Shown piece by piece: positions 8,396 to 17,384 of a stretch of DNA of 64,000 nucleotides. The notes below the pieces were generated by a model. That model saw only the letters and a list, made by a program, of their open reading frames with translations, was not told the origin of the DNA and did not search any database. A program made the position numbers and the translations under genes. Numbering within the stretch: position 1 is the first letter of the stretch; each line of letters begins with the position of its first letter. This DNA is from Oscillospiraceae bacterium (GTDB lineage: Bacteria; Bacillota; Clostridia; Oscillospirales; JAAYXM01): assembly GCA_017409405.1 (NCBI GenBank), contig JAFQSU010000075.1, forward strand, positions 6,785 to 70,784, written 5' to 3'.

Positions 8396-10276
8396 ATGAA
8401 GGATTTTCAGATTATGAGATATTTAAAAAAGATTCTGCCTATCATTGTAATTATTTGTGTTTTAGCCACTTATGCAATAAATTTCAAGCTTAAAAATTCG
8501 AATACATTTGTTGCATCGGAAGTTATTCATTACAATGATCCTGCAGCAGAGCAAGGGCTGACTCCGACGGGTGCGAAGCTTGATGTCAATGAAATCAAAT
8601 CATCGGCTGTAATGTCCAAAGTTGTTGACAGAATGGGGCTTACGGGTATTTATTCAGTTGATAGCCTTATATCAAGAATATCAATAACCCCCATCCCCGA
8701 CGAGGATAAGGTTGCACAAAAAGAAGCAAAGCTTGAAGAAGGCGAAGAATATATTTATGAGCCAAGCACATATATTGTTTCTTTTACTGCTACAAACAGC
8801 GAGGGAACAGATTTTGCAAGAACTATCCTCGATGAAACCTTAGACGTGTATTTTGCAGAATACAGTCAGAAATATGTTAATGTTGCCCCTGCAAAAAACG
8901 TCATAGATAATTTAGAAAATGAAAACTATGACTACATTGAAATGGTGGAAATGATAGATGCGGGTATTGACGAAACATTGACTACGTTGTATCAGCGCAT
9001 GGATCAGAACCCTTATTACAGAGCAACAAAAACAGGGGTATCTTTTGGCGATTTGGCAGATGAATTCAGTTATATAAGACACGTCAAGCTTTCTGCACTG
9101 TTTTCAAAGATATATAAATATCAGATAACCAAAAATAAAACAGTACTGATTTCAGACTATACTACAAGAATTGATAACAACAATATATTAAATACAAAAG
9201 AAGAAAGTATTGTAAAAGATACCGTTGCCGTTATTGATGCTTATGTGCAAAAAATGAGAGAATCAGGAAATACGAATATTACTTACGAGTATATTCTTGA
9301 TAATGTGCATGACCGCAATCTGACAGATTCTTTTGCACCGGGGGATCAGACTGTAACATATGATGAGCTTATATATGCCTGGCGCGACCACAACGAAAAG
9401 AGAGAACATTCAGTTATCGATTCTGCATATTGTCAGTATGTTATAGACACATTCCAAAAATGCACCGGTGCGTGTGCAGCTAATGAATGCATGGCATCCG
9501 GACAGACCTGTTCGCAGTTACACAATAAAAACTATGAACAGATTAAAGGTGAAATTGATAAGGAGATCAAATCGCTTGTTTCTGATTTGAGTGCTTTATA
9601 CTCCGCAACCATGAAAACAAACGATGAATACAACGAATATCTTGGTGCAAGTTATATTTCGGTATTATCCTCCGCTTCGGTCAAACCAAGTGTTAACGTA
9701 AATCTCTATACATTGATTGCATTTTTCTTCTTGATAGTCCTTTGCTGCGGCGGTGCGATTGTAATAGGAAGGCTTGGCGATATTATACATTATATTTTCT
9801 ATACTGACCATCTCACAGAGCTTAATAACCGTGCCTACTTTGATAAGTATTTGAAGTCTATGGACAAAAAGCTCTTAGATGACGGGACGGTATACTGTAT
9901 GGTTGACATATCAAACCTTGCAGCTATAAATGCCGAGCATGCACGTCAGACGGGCGACGACATTATAAAAATGTTTACAACCTACTTGAAAGAAACCTTT
10001 GGAAAAACAGATGCAGAGTTTATTTATAACGGAAACGGAAGCTTTGTAATTTTAGCAAAGGACACTGATTATATTACCGTAGAAGATATAATGAGATTGT
10101 TTGGATTAAGGCTTGATGACCGTGAGGATTATAAGAATATCATAATAGAATATAAGGTTGGCATTGCGGAAACATTTAAGGAAAACCAAACGGCAAGAAA
10201 ACTGCTTTCAGAAACAATAAAAAGTAAAAAGGAGTATATTTCCCAGCCACTGAAAAAGGAGGCTTTTTCTGAATAA
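8396..10276 (+). CDS. Polysaccharide co-polymerase (Wzz-like) fused to a C-terminal degenerate GGDEF domain
   Basis: Start at ATG 8396 after AGGAGGG (ORF-track 8330 overlaps the previous gene). Order is a Wzz-like N-terminus (MRYLKKILPIIVIICVLATY), a large ectodomain, a second TM (LYTLIAFFFLIVLCCGGAIVIG), then DHLTELNNRAYF ... VDISNL ... YNGNGSFVIL. Confidence 0.7.
   Translation: MKDFQIMRYLKKILPIIVIICVLATYAINFKLKNSNTFVASEVIHYNDPAAEQGLTPTGAKLDVNEIKSSAVMSKVVDRMGLTGIYSVDSLISRISITPIPDEDKVAQKEAKLEEGEEYIYEPSTYIVSFTATNSEGTDFARTILDETLDVYFAEYSQKYVNVAPAKNVIDNLENENYDYIEMVEMIDAGIDETLTTLYQRMDQNPYYRATKTGVSFGDLADEFSYIRHVKLSALFSKIYKYQITKNKTVLISDYTTRIDNNNILNTKEESIVKDTVAVIDAYVQKMRESGNTNITYEYILDNVHDRNLTDSFAPGDQTVTYDELIYAWRDHNEKREHSVIDSAYCQYVIDTFQKCTGACAANECMASGQTCSQLHNKNYEQIKGEIDKEIKSLVSDLSALYSATMKTNDEYNEYLGASYISVLSSASVKPSVNVNLYTLIAFFFLIVLCCGGAIVIGRLGDIIHYIFYTDHLTELNNRAYFDKYLKSMDKKLLDDGTVYCMVDISNLAAINAEHARQTGDDIIKMFTTYLKETFGKTDAEFIYNGNGSFVILAKDTDYITVEDIMRLFGLRLDDREDYKNIIIEYKVGIAETFKENQTARKLLSETIKSKKEYISQPLKKEAFSE
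9800..10276 (+). other. Degenerate GGDEF-like domain of the PCP fusion (GNGSF in place of GGDEF)
   Basis: Hand alignment to the GGDEF consensus: D-x-LT-x-L-x-NR-x-x-F matches DHLTELNNRAYF, and RYGGDEFvil corresponds to YNGNGSFVIL. The position expected for the RxxD I-site reads KTDA. Confidence 0.6.
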
Positions 10277-10302
10277 AAGTATGAAAGGAGGGCAAATGAA
10301 TA

Positions 10303-11607
10303 ATGGAAAACAAATTTGCACAAGCAACCTTTAAGGTTTACTTTATGGCAGTTGCGGTACTCATGTACTATTTTCTTACAGAAGTAATTAACCTCGGAGT
10401 ATTTGTTACATACCGTCACGCATTTGCCCTCGTCCTTTTTGCATCAGCGTTTTTGGCTTTTTTATATAAGCCCAATATTGCAAGAGGTGCTTCTTCAATA
10501 AAGGCAACTTTTGTATATTGCACCCCACTTATTATAACGGTCTTTGTATCGCTTTTCATATGGTTTATGGAACAAGTTGATACAGAGATTATTGCAAGAG
10601 GGTTGTCCGGTGTTTTTGTATATAATAATATGCTTTCATTTACCCTTGCCGCAGTTGCTTTTTTATATGTATTCGGCGAAAAAGGTATATGGTATAACCT
10701 TGTTGCAATTCTCATTTCAAATATATTGATGCTTTTGACGATTATACTGCAAAACGGAATCGGAAGCTTCTTTTCTGAGTTTATAACTCTTGTTGTGACT
10801 TTTGCGGCAGAAACAGGAGATATTATTGTTCAGGCGGAAATCCATGAACTTGCATTTTGTCTTGGAGCGTATCTGATATATATGTTCTTAAAACCAAAGA
10901 AAGATATTGTGTTTTTTATCTTACTTGGACTTACCTCGTTTTGCTTCCTTACAGCGTTCAAAAGAATTGGTATTATTGCTATTGTAATTGCTTTGGTGTT
11001 TGGTTGGTTTTTAAAACTTGTCGCAAAATTCAAAAAAGATACAGCCATGCGCCTTACCGTGATTTTTTCTGTTATATTGGCAGTGCTGCTCATAGGATAT
11101 GTTGCGATTATAAAACTGGATGTTTTTTCGCTTTTGGAAAAAGCGGGTATAGATACGAGCGGTCGTGTTACCATTTACAATGCCGTAGACAAGTTTTACG
11201 AATTCTCACCGGAGTTTCTGGGCAACGGAATCGGATTTTTAACATATCAGTTAAGCACAAATATGAATGTAGGTGTTTCATCGGTCCACAATGATTTTCT
11301 GCAATATTTTATAGACCTCGGTTTTTGGGGATATATCTTATGGCTTACTTCCATGACCTTAGTCAGGGTATGTTATTTTGGTAAAAAAGGCAAGGTTGAA
11401 AATGGGATCATCGCCCTTGCGCTAAGCTTATACCTTGTTATCGTTTCATCAACCGACAACACTATGAACTATCCGCTTCTTACGACTGTTCTTGCCATTA
11501 TAATGATTGGACATGGATTTGACGAAAAAGTACGAACCTGCGAAATGAAAATGTTTGGGCACATTTCAGATGCTAACAAAGAAACAGAGGTCGGAACAAT
11601 ATTATGA
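10303..11607 (+). CDS. Wzy-like O-antigen polymerase/ligase family membrane protein
   Basis: At least 10 TM helices and a VHNDFLQYFIDLGFWGYILW motif typical of the Wzy_C/O-antigen ligase family. Confidence 0.75.
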   Translation: MENKFAQATFKVYFMAVAVLMYYFLTEVINLGVFVTYRHAFALVLFASAFLAFLYKPNIARGASSIKATFVYCTPLIITVFVSLFIWFMEQVDTEIIARGLSGVFVYNNMLSFTLAAVAFLYVFGEKGIWYNLVAILISNILMLLTIILQNGIGSFFSEFITLVVTFAAETGDIIVQAEIHELAFCLGAYLIYMFLKPKKDIVFFILLGLTSFCFLTAFKRIGIIAIVIALVFGWFLKLVAKFKKDTAMRLTVIFSVILAVLLIGYVAIIKLDVFSLLEKAGIDTSGRVTIYNAVDKFYEFSPEFLGNGIGFLTYQLSTNMNVGVSSVHNDFLQYFIDLGFWGYILWLTSMTLVRVCYFGKKGKVENGIIALALSLYLVIVSSTDNTMNYPLLTTVLAIIMIGHGFDEKVRTCEMKMFGHISDANKETEVGTIL

Positions 11608-12824
11608 AGATATTGATGGTGAATAAATTTCTTTACCCCAGAGGGGGCAGTGAGAGCTATATGTTAAAGCTTTCGCAGGAGCTCAAATCACAGGGGCACG
11701 AAGTCGAATATTTCGGTATGTACGACGAAAAAAACACGGTAGGAAATTCTTTGGGCGTTTATACTGCCAATATGGATTTTCATTCTAAAGGTCTGTCGAG
11801 ATTTCTCTATCCGTTTAAAATAATATACTCAAGGGAAGCGTATAAGAAAATCGGAAAGGTTTTGGATGCTTTCAAGCCCGATATTGTTCATATGAATAAC
11901 ATCAACTTCCAGCTTACACCATCAATTATCTACGCTGTGAAAAAGAGAAACATCCCCCTTGTACAAACAGTTCACGACTATCAGATGATTTGCCCGAACC
12001 ATCTTTTGTATAGCTTTAATGAAACAAAGCCTTGCGACAGGTGTATAAAGGGTTCAAAATGGAATTGCCTTAAATATAATTGTATTCATAATTCAAAAAT
12101 CAAAAGCTTTTTAGGTGTAATTGAGGCAAAGCTGTATTCGTTTTTAAAAACATACAAGATGGTGGATTTATATATATGTCCGAGCAGATTTTTAGAAAAT
12201 AAGCTTTTGGATGCTTCTGATATTTATTCTGAAAAAACATTTACAATACATAATTTTATTGAAAAGAACAATACACCAACTAAAACGGACTGTGGAAATC
12301 CTTATGTTGTTTTTGTCGGCAGACTTTCAAAGGAAAAAGGCGTTGAGCTTATGGCGGATACTGCTTATCTTTTACCCGAAGTTAATTTTGTCGTTGCAGG
12401 AAGCGGCCCTGATGATGAGGTTTTGAAAAATATTCCAAATGTCACCTTAAAAGGGTTTGTTACAGGCAAAGAGCTTACCGAGCTGATGGCAAATGCCAAG
12501 CTTCTTATTGCTCCGTCGGTATGTTACGAAAACAATCCTTTATCCATATTGGAGGCTCATTCTGTGGGCACTCCTGTGGTAACTATGAATCACGGCGGAA
12601 TGGCAGAGCTTGTGGAAGATGAAAAAACAGGTGTGCTGGTTTCAAGTCCAACGCCCGAATCTATAGCCTTGGCAATTAAAAAATGTTTTGATGATGAAGA
12701 ATACTATAAAACGCTTAAAACAAGCTGCGAAACTAAAGGCAAGGATGTAATGGGTGTCACAGAGTATTGTGATATCCTGATGCATAAATATAACAACCTT
12801 ATGGATAAGAGGCGAAGAAATTGA
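11604..12824 (+). CDS. Glycosyltransferase family 4 (GT-B)
   Basis: N-terminal KFLYPRGGSE, C-terminal GRLSKEKG and YENNPLSILEAHSVGTPVV. ATGA overlap with the polymerase gene. Confidence 0.8.
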   Translation: MKILMVNKFLYPRGGSESYMLKLSQELKSQGHEVEYFGMYDEKNTVGNSLGVYTANMDFHSKGLSRFLYPFKIIYSREAYKKIGKVLDAFKPDIVHMNNINFQLTPSIIYAVKKRNIPLVQTVHDYQMICPNHLLYSFNETKPCDRCIKGSKWNCLKYNCIHNSKIKSFLGVIEAKLYSFLKTYKMVDLYICPSRFLENKLLDASDIYSEKTFTIHNFIEKNNTPTKTDCGNPYVVFVGRLSKEKGVELMADTAYLLPEVNFVVAGSGPDDEVLKNIPNVTLKGFVTGKELTELMANAKLLIAPSVCYENNPLSILEAHSVGTPVVTMNHGGMAELVEDEKTGVLVSSPTPESIALAIKKCFDDEEYYKTLKTSCETKGKDVMGVTEYCDILMHKYNNLMDKRRRN

Positions 12825-13876
12825 CAAAGCCAAGCTTAAGTATCGTTGTGCCCGTATATAATACTGAAAAATATCTCAGAAGATGTATGGATTCCATAAC
12901 GAATCAAACTCTTAAAGATATAGAAATAATCATTGTTGATGACGGCTCGAAGGAAAATTGTGCTATACTTTGTGATGAGATTTCAAAGGCGGATTCGCGA
13001 ATTAAAGTTGTGCATAAGGAAAACGGCGGTCTTGGGTTTGCAAGAAATTCAGGTATTGAAGCGGCAACAGGCGAATACGTGGGTTTTGTCGATTCTGATG
13101 ATTACATAGAGCCAACAATGTATGAGGCTTTATATAATGCGGCAAAAAAACATAATGCCGACCTCTGTTTATCAGGGATTTGCTTTGTTGGCGGAAATAT
13201 GTTTTCTGAGTCGGGCGAAGATACGAGGAAAGAGTATTTTGAAGAAGAGACCGTGTTTAAAAAAGAAGATATGAAAAACCTTCTTTTAGGTGTTGTCGGT
13301 TCACTGCCCAATGAGCCTGATGACAGCCGTTATGGCGTGAGTGTGTGTAAAAACATATTCAAGACCTCAGTGATTCGTGAAAAAGGAATTGAATTCTTGT
13401 CCGAAAGGCAAATACTTTCCGAGGATACTTTGTTTATGGTTGATTACATAAAATCTGCAAAAAGTGCAATCGGGGTACCCGGGGCATACTACTGCTATTG
13501 CCGTAACGAAGATTCTCTTTCAAAATCATATAACAAAAATCGCTTTGAGAAAAGCATCGTATTTTTGGATGAGCTTGAAAAAAGAATTGCAGATACTGTA
13601 AAAAAAGATGAATATAAAATTTATTTAGATAGATTAACCCAAGGCTTTGGAAGGATTTTGTGTTCGCAAGAGATTATGCATGCAAGGGATAAAAAAACGA
13701 AGTTTTCTCCTCTCAAGAAAAGATTAAAAGAAATTTGCACAGAGGACAAAATCCGAAATGCATTAAAAACATACCCTTGGTATAAGTTGCCCGTAAAACA
13801 GGCGGCGTTTGCCTTCGCTATGAAATACAAATTGTTTTTGCTTCAAAAACTGATGGTGATATTAAGAGACAGATAG
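12821..13876 (+). CDS. Glycosyltransferase family 2
   Basis: LSIVVPVYNTEKYL, IIVDDGS and FVDSDD motifs. TTG start overlaps the upstream TGA. Confidence 0.85.
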   Translation: MTKPSLSIVVPVYNTEKYLRRCMDSITNQTLKDIEIIIVDDGSKENCAILCDEISKADSRIKVVHKENGGLGFARNSGIEAATGEYVGFVDSDDYIEPTMYEALYNAAKKHNADLCLSGICFVGGNMFSESGEDTRKEYFEEETVFKKEDMKNLLLGVVGSLPNEPDDSRYGVSVCKNIFKTSVIREKGIEFLSERQILSEDTLFMVDYIKSAKSAIGVPGAYYCYCRNEDSLSKSYNKNRFEKSIVFLDELEKRIADTVKKDEYKIYLDRLTQGFGRILCSQEIMHARDKKTKFSPLKKRLKEICTEDKIRNALKTYPWYKLPVKQAAFAFAMKYKLFLLQKLMVILRDR

Positions 13877-13887
13877 GAGTTTTTGCA

Positions 13888-14892
13888 ATGCTTTTTTCGG
13901 TAATTGTTCCGATTTATAATATTGAAAAATACATAAGAAGATGCATTGACAGTGTACTTTTACAATCATTTGCTGATTTTGAGCTTATCTTGGTTGATGA
14001 CGGTTCTCCGGATATGTGCGGAGCAATTTGTGATGAATATGCAAAAAAGGATGAAAGAATAAAAGTAATTCACAAAGAAAACGGTGGATTAGTAACCGCA
14101 AGACAAGCCGGAATAAAAGTGGCAGGCGGAGATTATATCTTTCATCTTGACGGTGATGATGCTATCCTTCCGGATGCGCTGGAAAGTGCATACAAAATAA
14201 TCTGTGATACAGGTGCAGACATTGTTTCTTTTTCTTACAAGTGCAGTATCAATGAGAAAATTGGAGATACAATCGAAGATTTGGTCGATGAGGGATTGTA
14301 TAACAAAGCAGAAATCAAGCAGCATATTTCCCCAAAGCTTCTGTCGGATAAAAATATGAACCATATATTCTATTTTTTGTGGGGTAGAGCGATAAAACGT
14401 GAGCTTGCCGCAAAACATCAACTTAATGTCAATCCCGCCATTTCCTTAGGCGAGGATTTAAGCTGCATCGTTCCTTGTTTTTTAGAGGCAGAAACGGTCT
14501 ATATGAGCAGAAAAGCCATATATCTCTATACCATAAGGAATGATTCCATTTCAACAGACTTTAAAACTCATCAGATTTCGCAGATAGCAGATGTGATTAC
14601 AGGGCTTCGCGGATTGAATATAGAAAAGCCAAAAGACTTCGATGAGCAGATTTCCCGTTATTCTTGTTTTATGTGTTTTGCAATCCTTGCGGCAGCAGCA
14701 GAAGGAAATCATTTTAATGCTGTCAACAGGTTGAAGGAGCTGATATTGGGGTCTTTACATAAAGAAGAAATTAAAAAGGCACACTTTGAAAAAGTTACTC
14801 TTAAAAGTCGAATTGCTATATTTTTGATGAAAAAGCAAAAAATCAGATTGGCATTTTACTTTTTGTATTTTTGTAAAGAGATAAAACGGTGA
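13888..14892 (+). CDS. Glycosyltransferase family 2
   Basis: FSVIVPIYNIEKYI, ILVDDGSPD and HLDGDD motifs. Confidence 0.85.
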   Translation: MLFSVIVPIYNIEKYIRRCIDSVLLQSFADFELILVDDGSPDMCGAICDEYAKKDERIKVIHKENGGLVTARQAGIKVAGGDYIFHLDGDDAILPDALESAYKIICDTGADIVSFSYKCSINEKIGDTIEDLVDEGLYNKAEIKQHISPKLLSDKNMNHIFYFLWGRAIKRELAAKHQLNVNPAISLGEDLSCIVPCFLEAETVYMSRKAIYLYTIRNDSISTDFKTHQISQIADVITGLRGLNIEKPKDFDEQISRYSCFMCFAILAAAAEGNHFNAVNRLKELILGSLHKEEIKKAHFEKVTLKSRIAIFLMKKQKIRLAFYFLYFCKEIKR

Positions 14893-14908
14893 GAAAGGGT
14901 GATAAAAG

Positions 14909-15985
14909 ATGAATGCAGCACCTGAAATATCTTTAATAATGAGCGTGTATAATGGTGAAGATTATTTATCTGACGCGATTGAAAGCGTCTTAAATCAAAC
15001 ATTTGCCGATTTTGAGCTTATTGTAATCAACGATTGTTCCACTGACAAAACATGTGAAATACTCAAAAGATACGAAGAACTTGATAATCGTGTAAAAGTA
15101 TATACCAATGAAGTGAATTTAAGGCTTCCGTCATCTCTTAACAAAGCTATATCATACGCACGAGGTAAATATATTGCAAGAATGGATGCAGATGATATAT
15201 GCCTGCCTGAAAGACTTGAAAAGCAGTATGAATTTATGGAAAACAATCCGAATGTGGCTTTGTCTTCCTGTAGATTTATGACACTGAAAAACGGAGTTAT
15301 CTCTTCCGGAGGATGCGGAGGAAAGTGCGATAATGAGTCTGTAAAAGCATTGCTTTTGGTGACGAATCCGATCCTTCACCCCGGAATTATTGCAAAAGCT
15401 GATGTAATCAGAAAGCTTTTGTATGATAAAAACTTCACTTGTACCGAAGATATGGAGCTTTGGACGAGGTTTGTGATGGCAGGCTATGATGTTGAGATTA
15501 TGCCTGAATATCTTATGCTATACAGACTTCATGATAAACAGATTACAGAGACAACTCTTGAAAAGCAGCATAAGGAAGTCATCGCAATTCAAAAGAACTA
15601 TTATGGAGCACTTCTTGAAGCTATGAATAGTAAGCAAGAGGAGTTTTATATCAGAGGAATTTATTTCAGAGAAAATACAGACATCAATAAATTCTTAGAA
15701 TTTTACAAATGGCTAAAGTCAGTTAATCGTAAAACAAAAGCATTTGATGAGGATTCTTTAAAATACGCCATGTTTGAAATTCTGGCAGAATACAAAAGAA
15801 AAGGTATTGCAAAAACTAAGCTTATAAAGGCTATGCTGTTGTTCGGAATACCGTATCTTGCAACGGAAATTCCCGGGCGCAAAAAAAGAGCCCGTGCAGA
15901 TGGGCTTAGGTGCATCGAAAGTGCAGGAAAAATAGGACTTAAGCAAACCGGTGGAACATTGGAATTTCCGACTTTTTCAAAATGA
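14909..15985 (+). CDS. Glycosyltransferase family 2
   Basis: ISLIMSVYNGEDYL, IVINDCSTD and RMDADD motifs. Confidence 0.85.
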   Translation: MNAAPEISLIMSVYNGEDYLSDAIESVLNQTFADFELIVINDCSTDKTCEILKRYEELDNRVKVYTNEVNLRLPSSLNKAISYARGKYIARMDADDICLPERLEKQYEFMENNPNVALSSCRFMTLKNGVISSGGCGGKCDNESVKALLLVTNPILHPGIIAKADVIRKLLYDKNFTCTEDMELWTRFVMAGYDVEIMPEYLMLYRLHDKQITETTLEKQHKEVIAIQKNYYGALLEAMNSKQEEFYIRGIYFRENTDINKFLEFYKWLKSVNRKTKAFDEDSLKYAMFEILAEYKRKGIAKTKLIKAMLLFGIPYLATEIPGRKKRARADGLRCIESAGKIGLKQTGGTLEFPTFSK

Positions 15986-16004
15986 AAATATAGGAGCCCT
16001 GAGT

Positions 16005-17384
16005 ATGCAAATATTCGAATACCCATACATAATCATAAGCATTTTGGCTTTTTCTTTTATTGCGCTTACTGCCATTGGCATATATTTTGCCGTAAGAGGA
16101 GCGAAAACCGCGAAAGGCAATGAAGAAAAGGACTTTATAAATATAAATAAACTGGAATCCGCTTTTGAGAAATCCGGAAAATTGCGAGAAGACAGATGCG
16201 TTTTTTATGCTAAAGTTTCCTTGGATAATTTCAGAAGTCTTTATTCGGCGCGTCAAACCTTGAATGTTTTTTCTGAAGTAAGGACGGTTTTGTTGGAAGC
16301 TTTTTCCGACGGTGAGGACAGTAATATTTCTATATATGGAGAAAAAAACTTCGTTGTTTTTTCAAAATGGAATATTGAAACTGCACGCAAGAAAATAGAA
16401 AGTTGTTTTGCGGAATTGAACAAATGCCTCTTAAAGCACAGTGCGCTTAATATTATTGACGTCAGAATCGGTATGTATTTCGCCTTTGGGACACAGGTGT
16501 CGCTTGATGATGCAATCGGTCGCGCAAAACAGGCATATTTGCTTGCGAAGGCTGAAAACGTCCCCTATGCCGAATGGAATGTCTCAGGCGGAAAAGCACT
16601 TGAGAAAAAGATAAAAATAGAGAACAACATTGAGAAAGAAATTGATAATAATCGTTTTTTTCTTGAATATCAACCTGTTTTGGATGCAAAAACAAAGAAA
16701 ATAATAGGTGCAGAAGTGCTGTCCCGCTTAAATTCAGAAAGCGAGGGAGTTTTAACTCCCGGCAGTTTTTTGTCTGCGGTTGATTCTGTTGGAATCAATG
16801 ATAAATTTGATTATTATATTTTTGAAAAAAACTGTAAATGGATTTCCAACAATAAAAAACAAAGGGAAGCTTATAAATACACTATCAATTTTTCGAGATC
16901 AACATTGTGTGAACCCCGGTTTGCAGAGAAAATAATAGCTATTGCGCAAAAATACGATTTGAAGTTTTCGTGTCTGGCAGTTGAAATATTAGAGGATAAA
17001 AATATAACCTTCGATGAAAGAAAACAAATGATAGATAATCTGTCAGCTCTTAAAGAAAAAGGTATATCTGTCTTGCTTGATGACTTCGGAAGCGGATATA
17101 CAGCCTTTGGTGATTTGCAAAGCCTTGATATTTCTGTTGTGAAGATTGACAAAACGATAACCCGGAATTCGGTTACAGATACAGGGTTTATTATTTTAAA
17201 AAATATTATTCGTACTGCCGGGGATATTGGTTTTAAAACATTGTGCGAAGGAGTAGAAACGAAAGAACAAGAAGAAGCGGTCATAAAAGCAGGTTGTGAT
17301 TTTCTTCAGGGATTTTACTATTACAGACCTATGCCGGTGGCACAGCTTGAGAAAGTGTTCAATGAAGATTCGGGAGGTGTTTAA
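16005..17384 (+). CDS. Membrane-anchored c-di-GMP phosphodiesterase (degenerate GGDEF-like domain + EAL domain)
   Basis: Start at ATG 16005 after TAGGAG (ORF-track 15951 overlaps the previous gene). One N-terminal TM, then IYGEKNFVVF in place of RYGGDEFvvl. The EAL signature residues are all present: EYQPV...GAEVLSR, INFS, VEILED, LLDDFGSGYT, VKIDK, CEGVET, LQGFYY. Confidence 0.8.
   Translation: MQIFEYPYIIISILAFSFIALTAIGIYFAVRGAKTAKGNEEKDFININKLESAFEKSGKLREDRCVFYAKVSLDNFRSLYSARQTLNVFSEVRTVLLEAFSDGEDSNISIYGEKNFVVFSKWNIETARKKIESCFAELNKCLLKHSALNIIDVRIGMYFAFGTQVSLDDAIGRAKQAYLLAKAENVPYAEWNVSGGKALEKKIKIENNIEKEIDNNRFFLEYQPVLDAKTKKIIGAEVLSRLNSESEGVLTPGSFLSAVDSVGINDKFDYYIFEKNCKWISNNKKQREAYKYTINFSRSTLCEPRFAEKIIAIAQKYDLKFSCLAVEILEDKNITFDERKQMIDNLSALKEKGISVLLDDFGSGYTAFGDLQSLDISVVKIDKTITRNSVTDTGFIILKNIIRTAGDIGFKTLCEGVETKEQEEAVIKAGCDFLQGFYYYRPMPVAQLEKVFNEDSGGV

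Noticed and set aside
10830-11294. ORFs of 114 aa (minus) and 145 aa (plus) inside the Wzy-like gene
   Set aside because: They are nested in a polytopic membrane-protein gene with a clear Wzy_C-type motif. The AT-rich sequence generates long alternative frames by chance.
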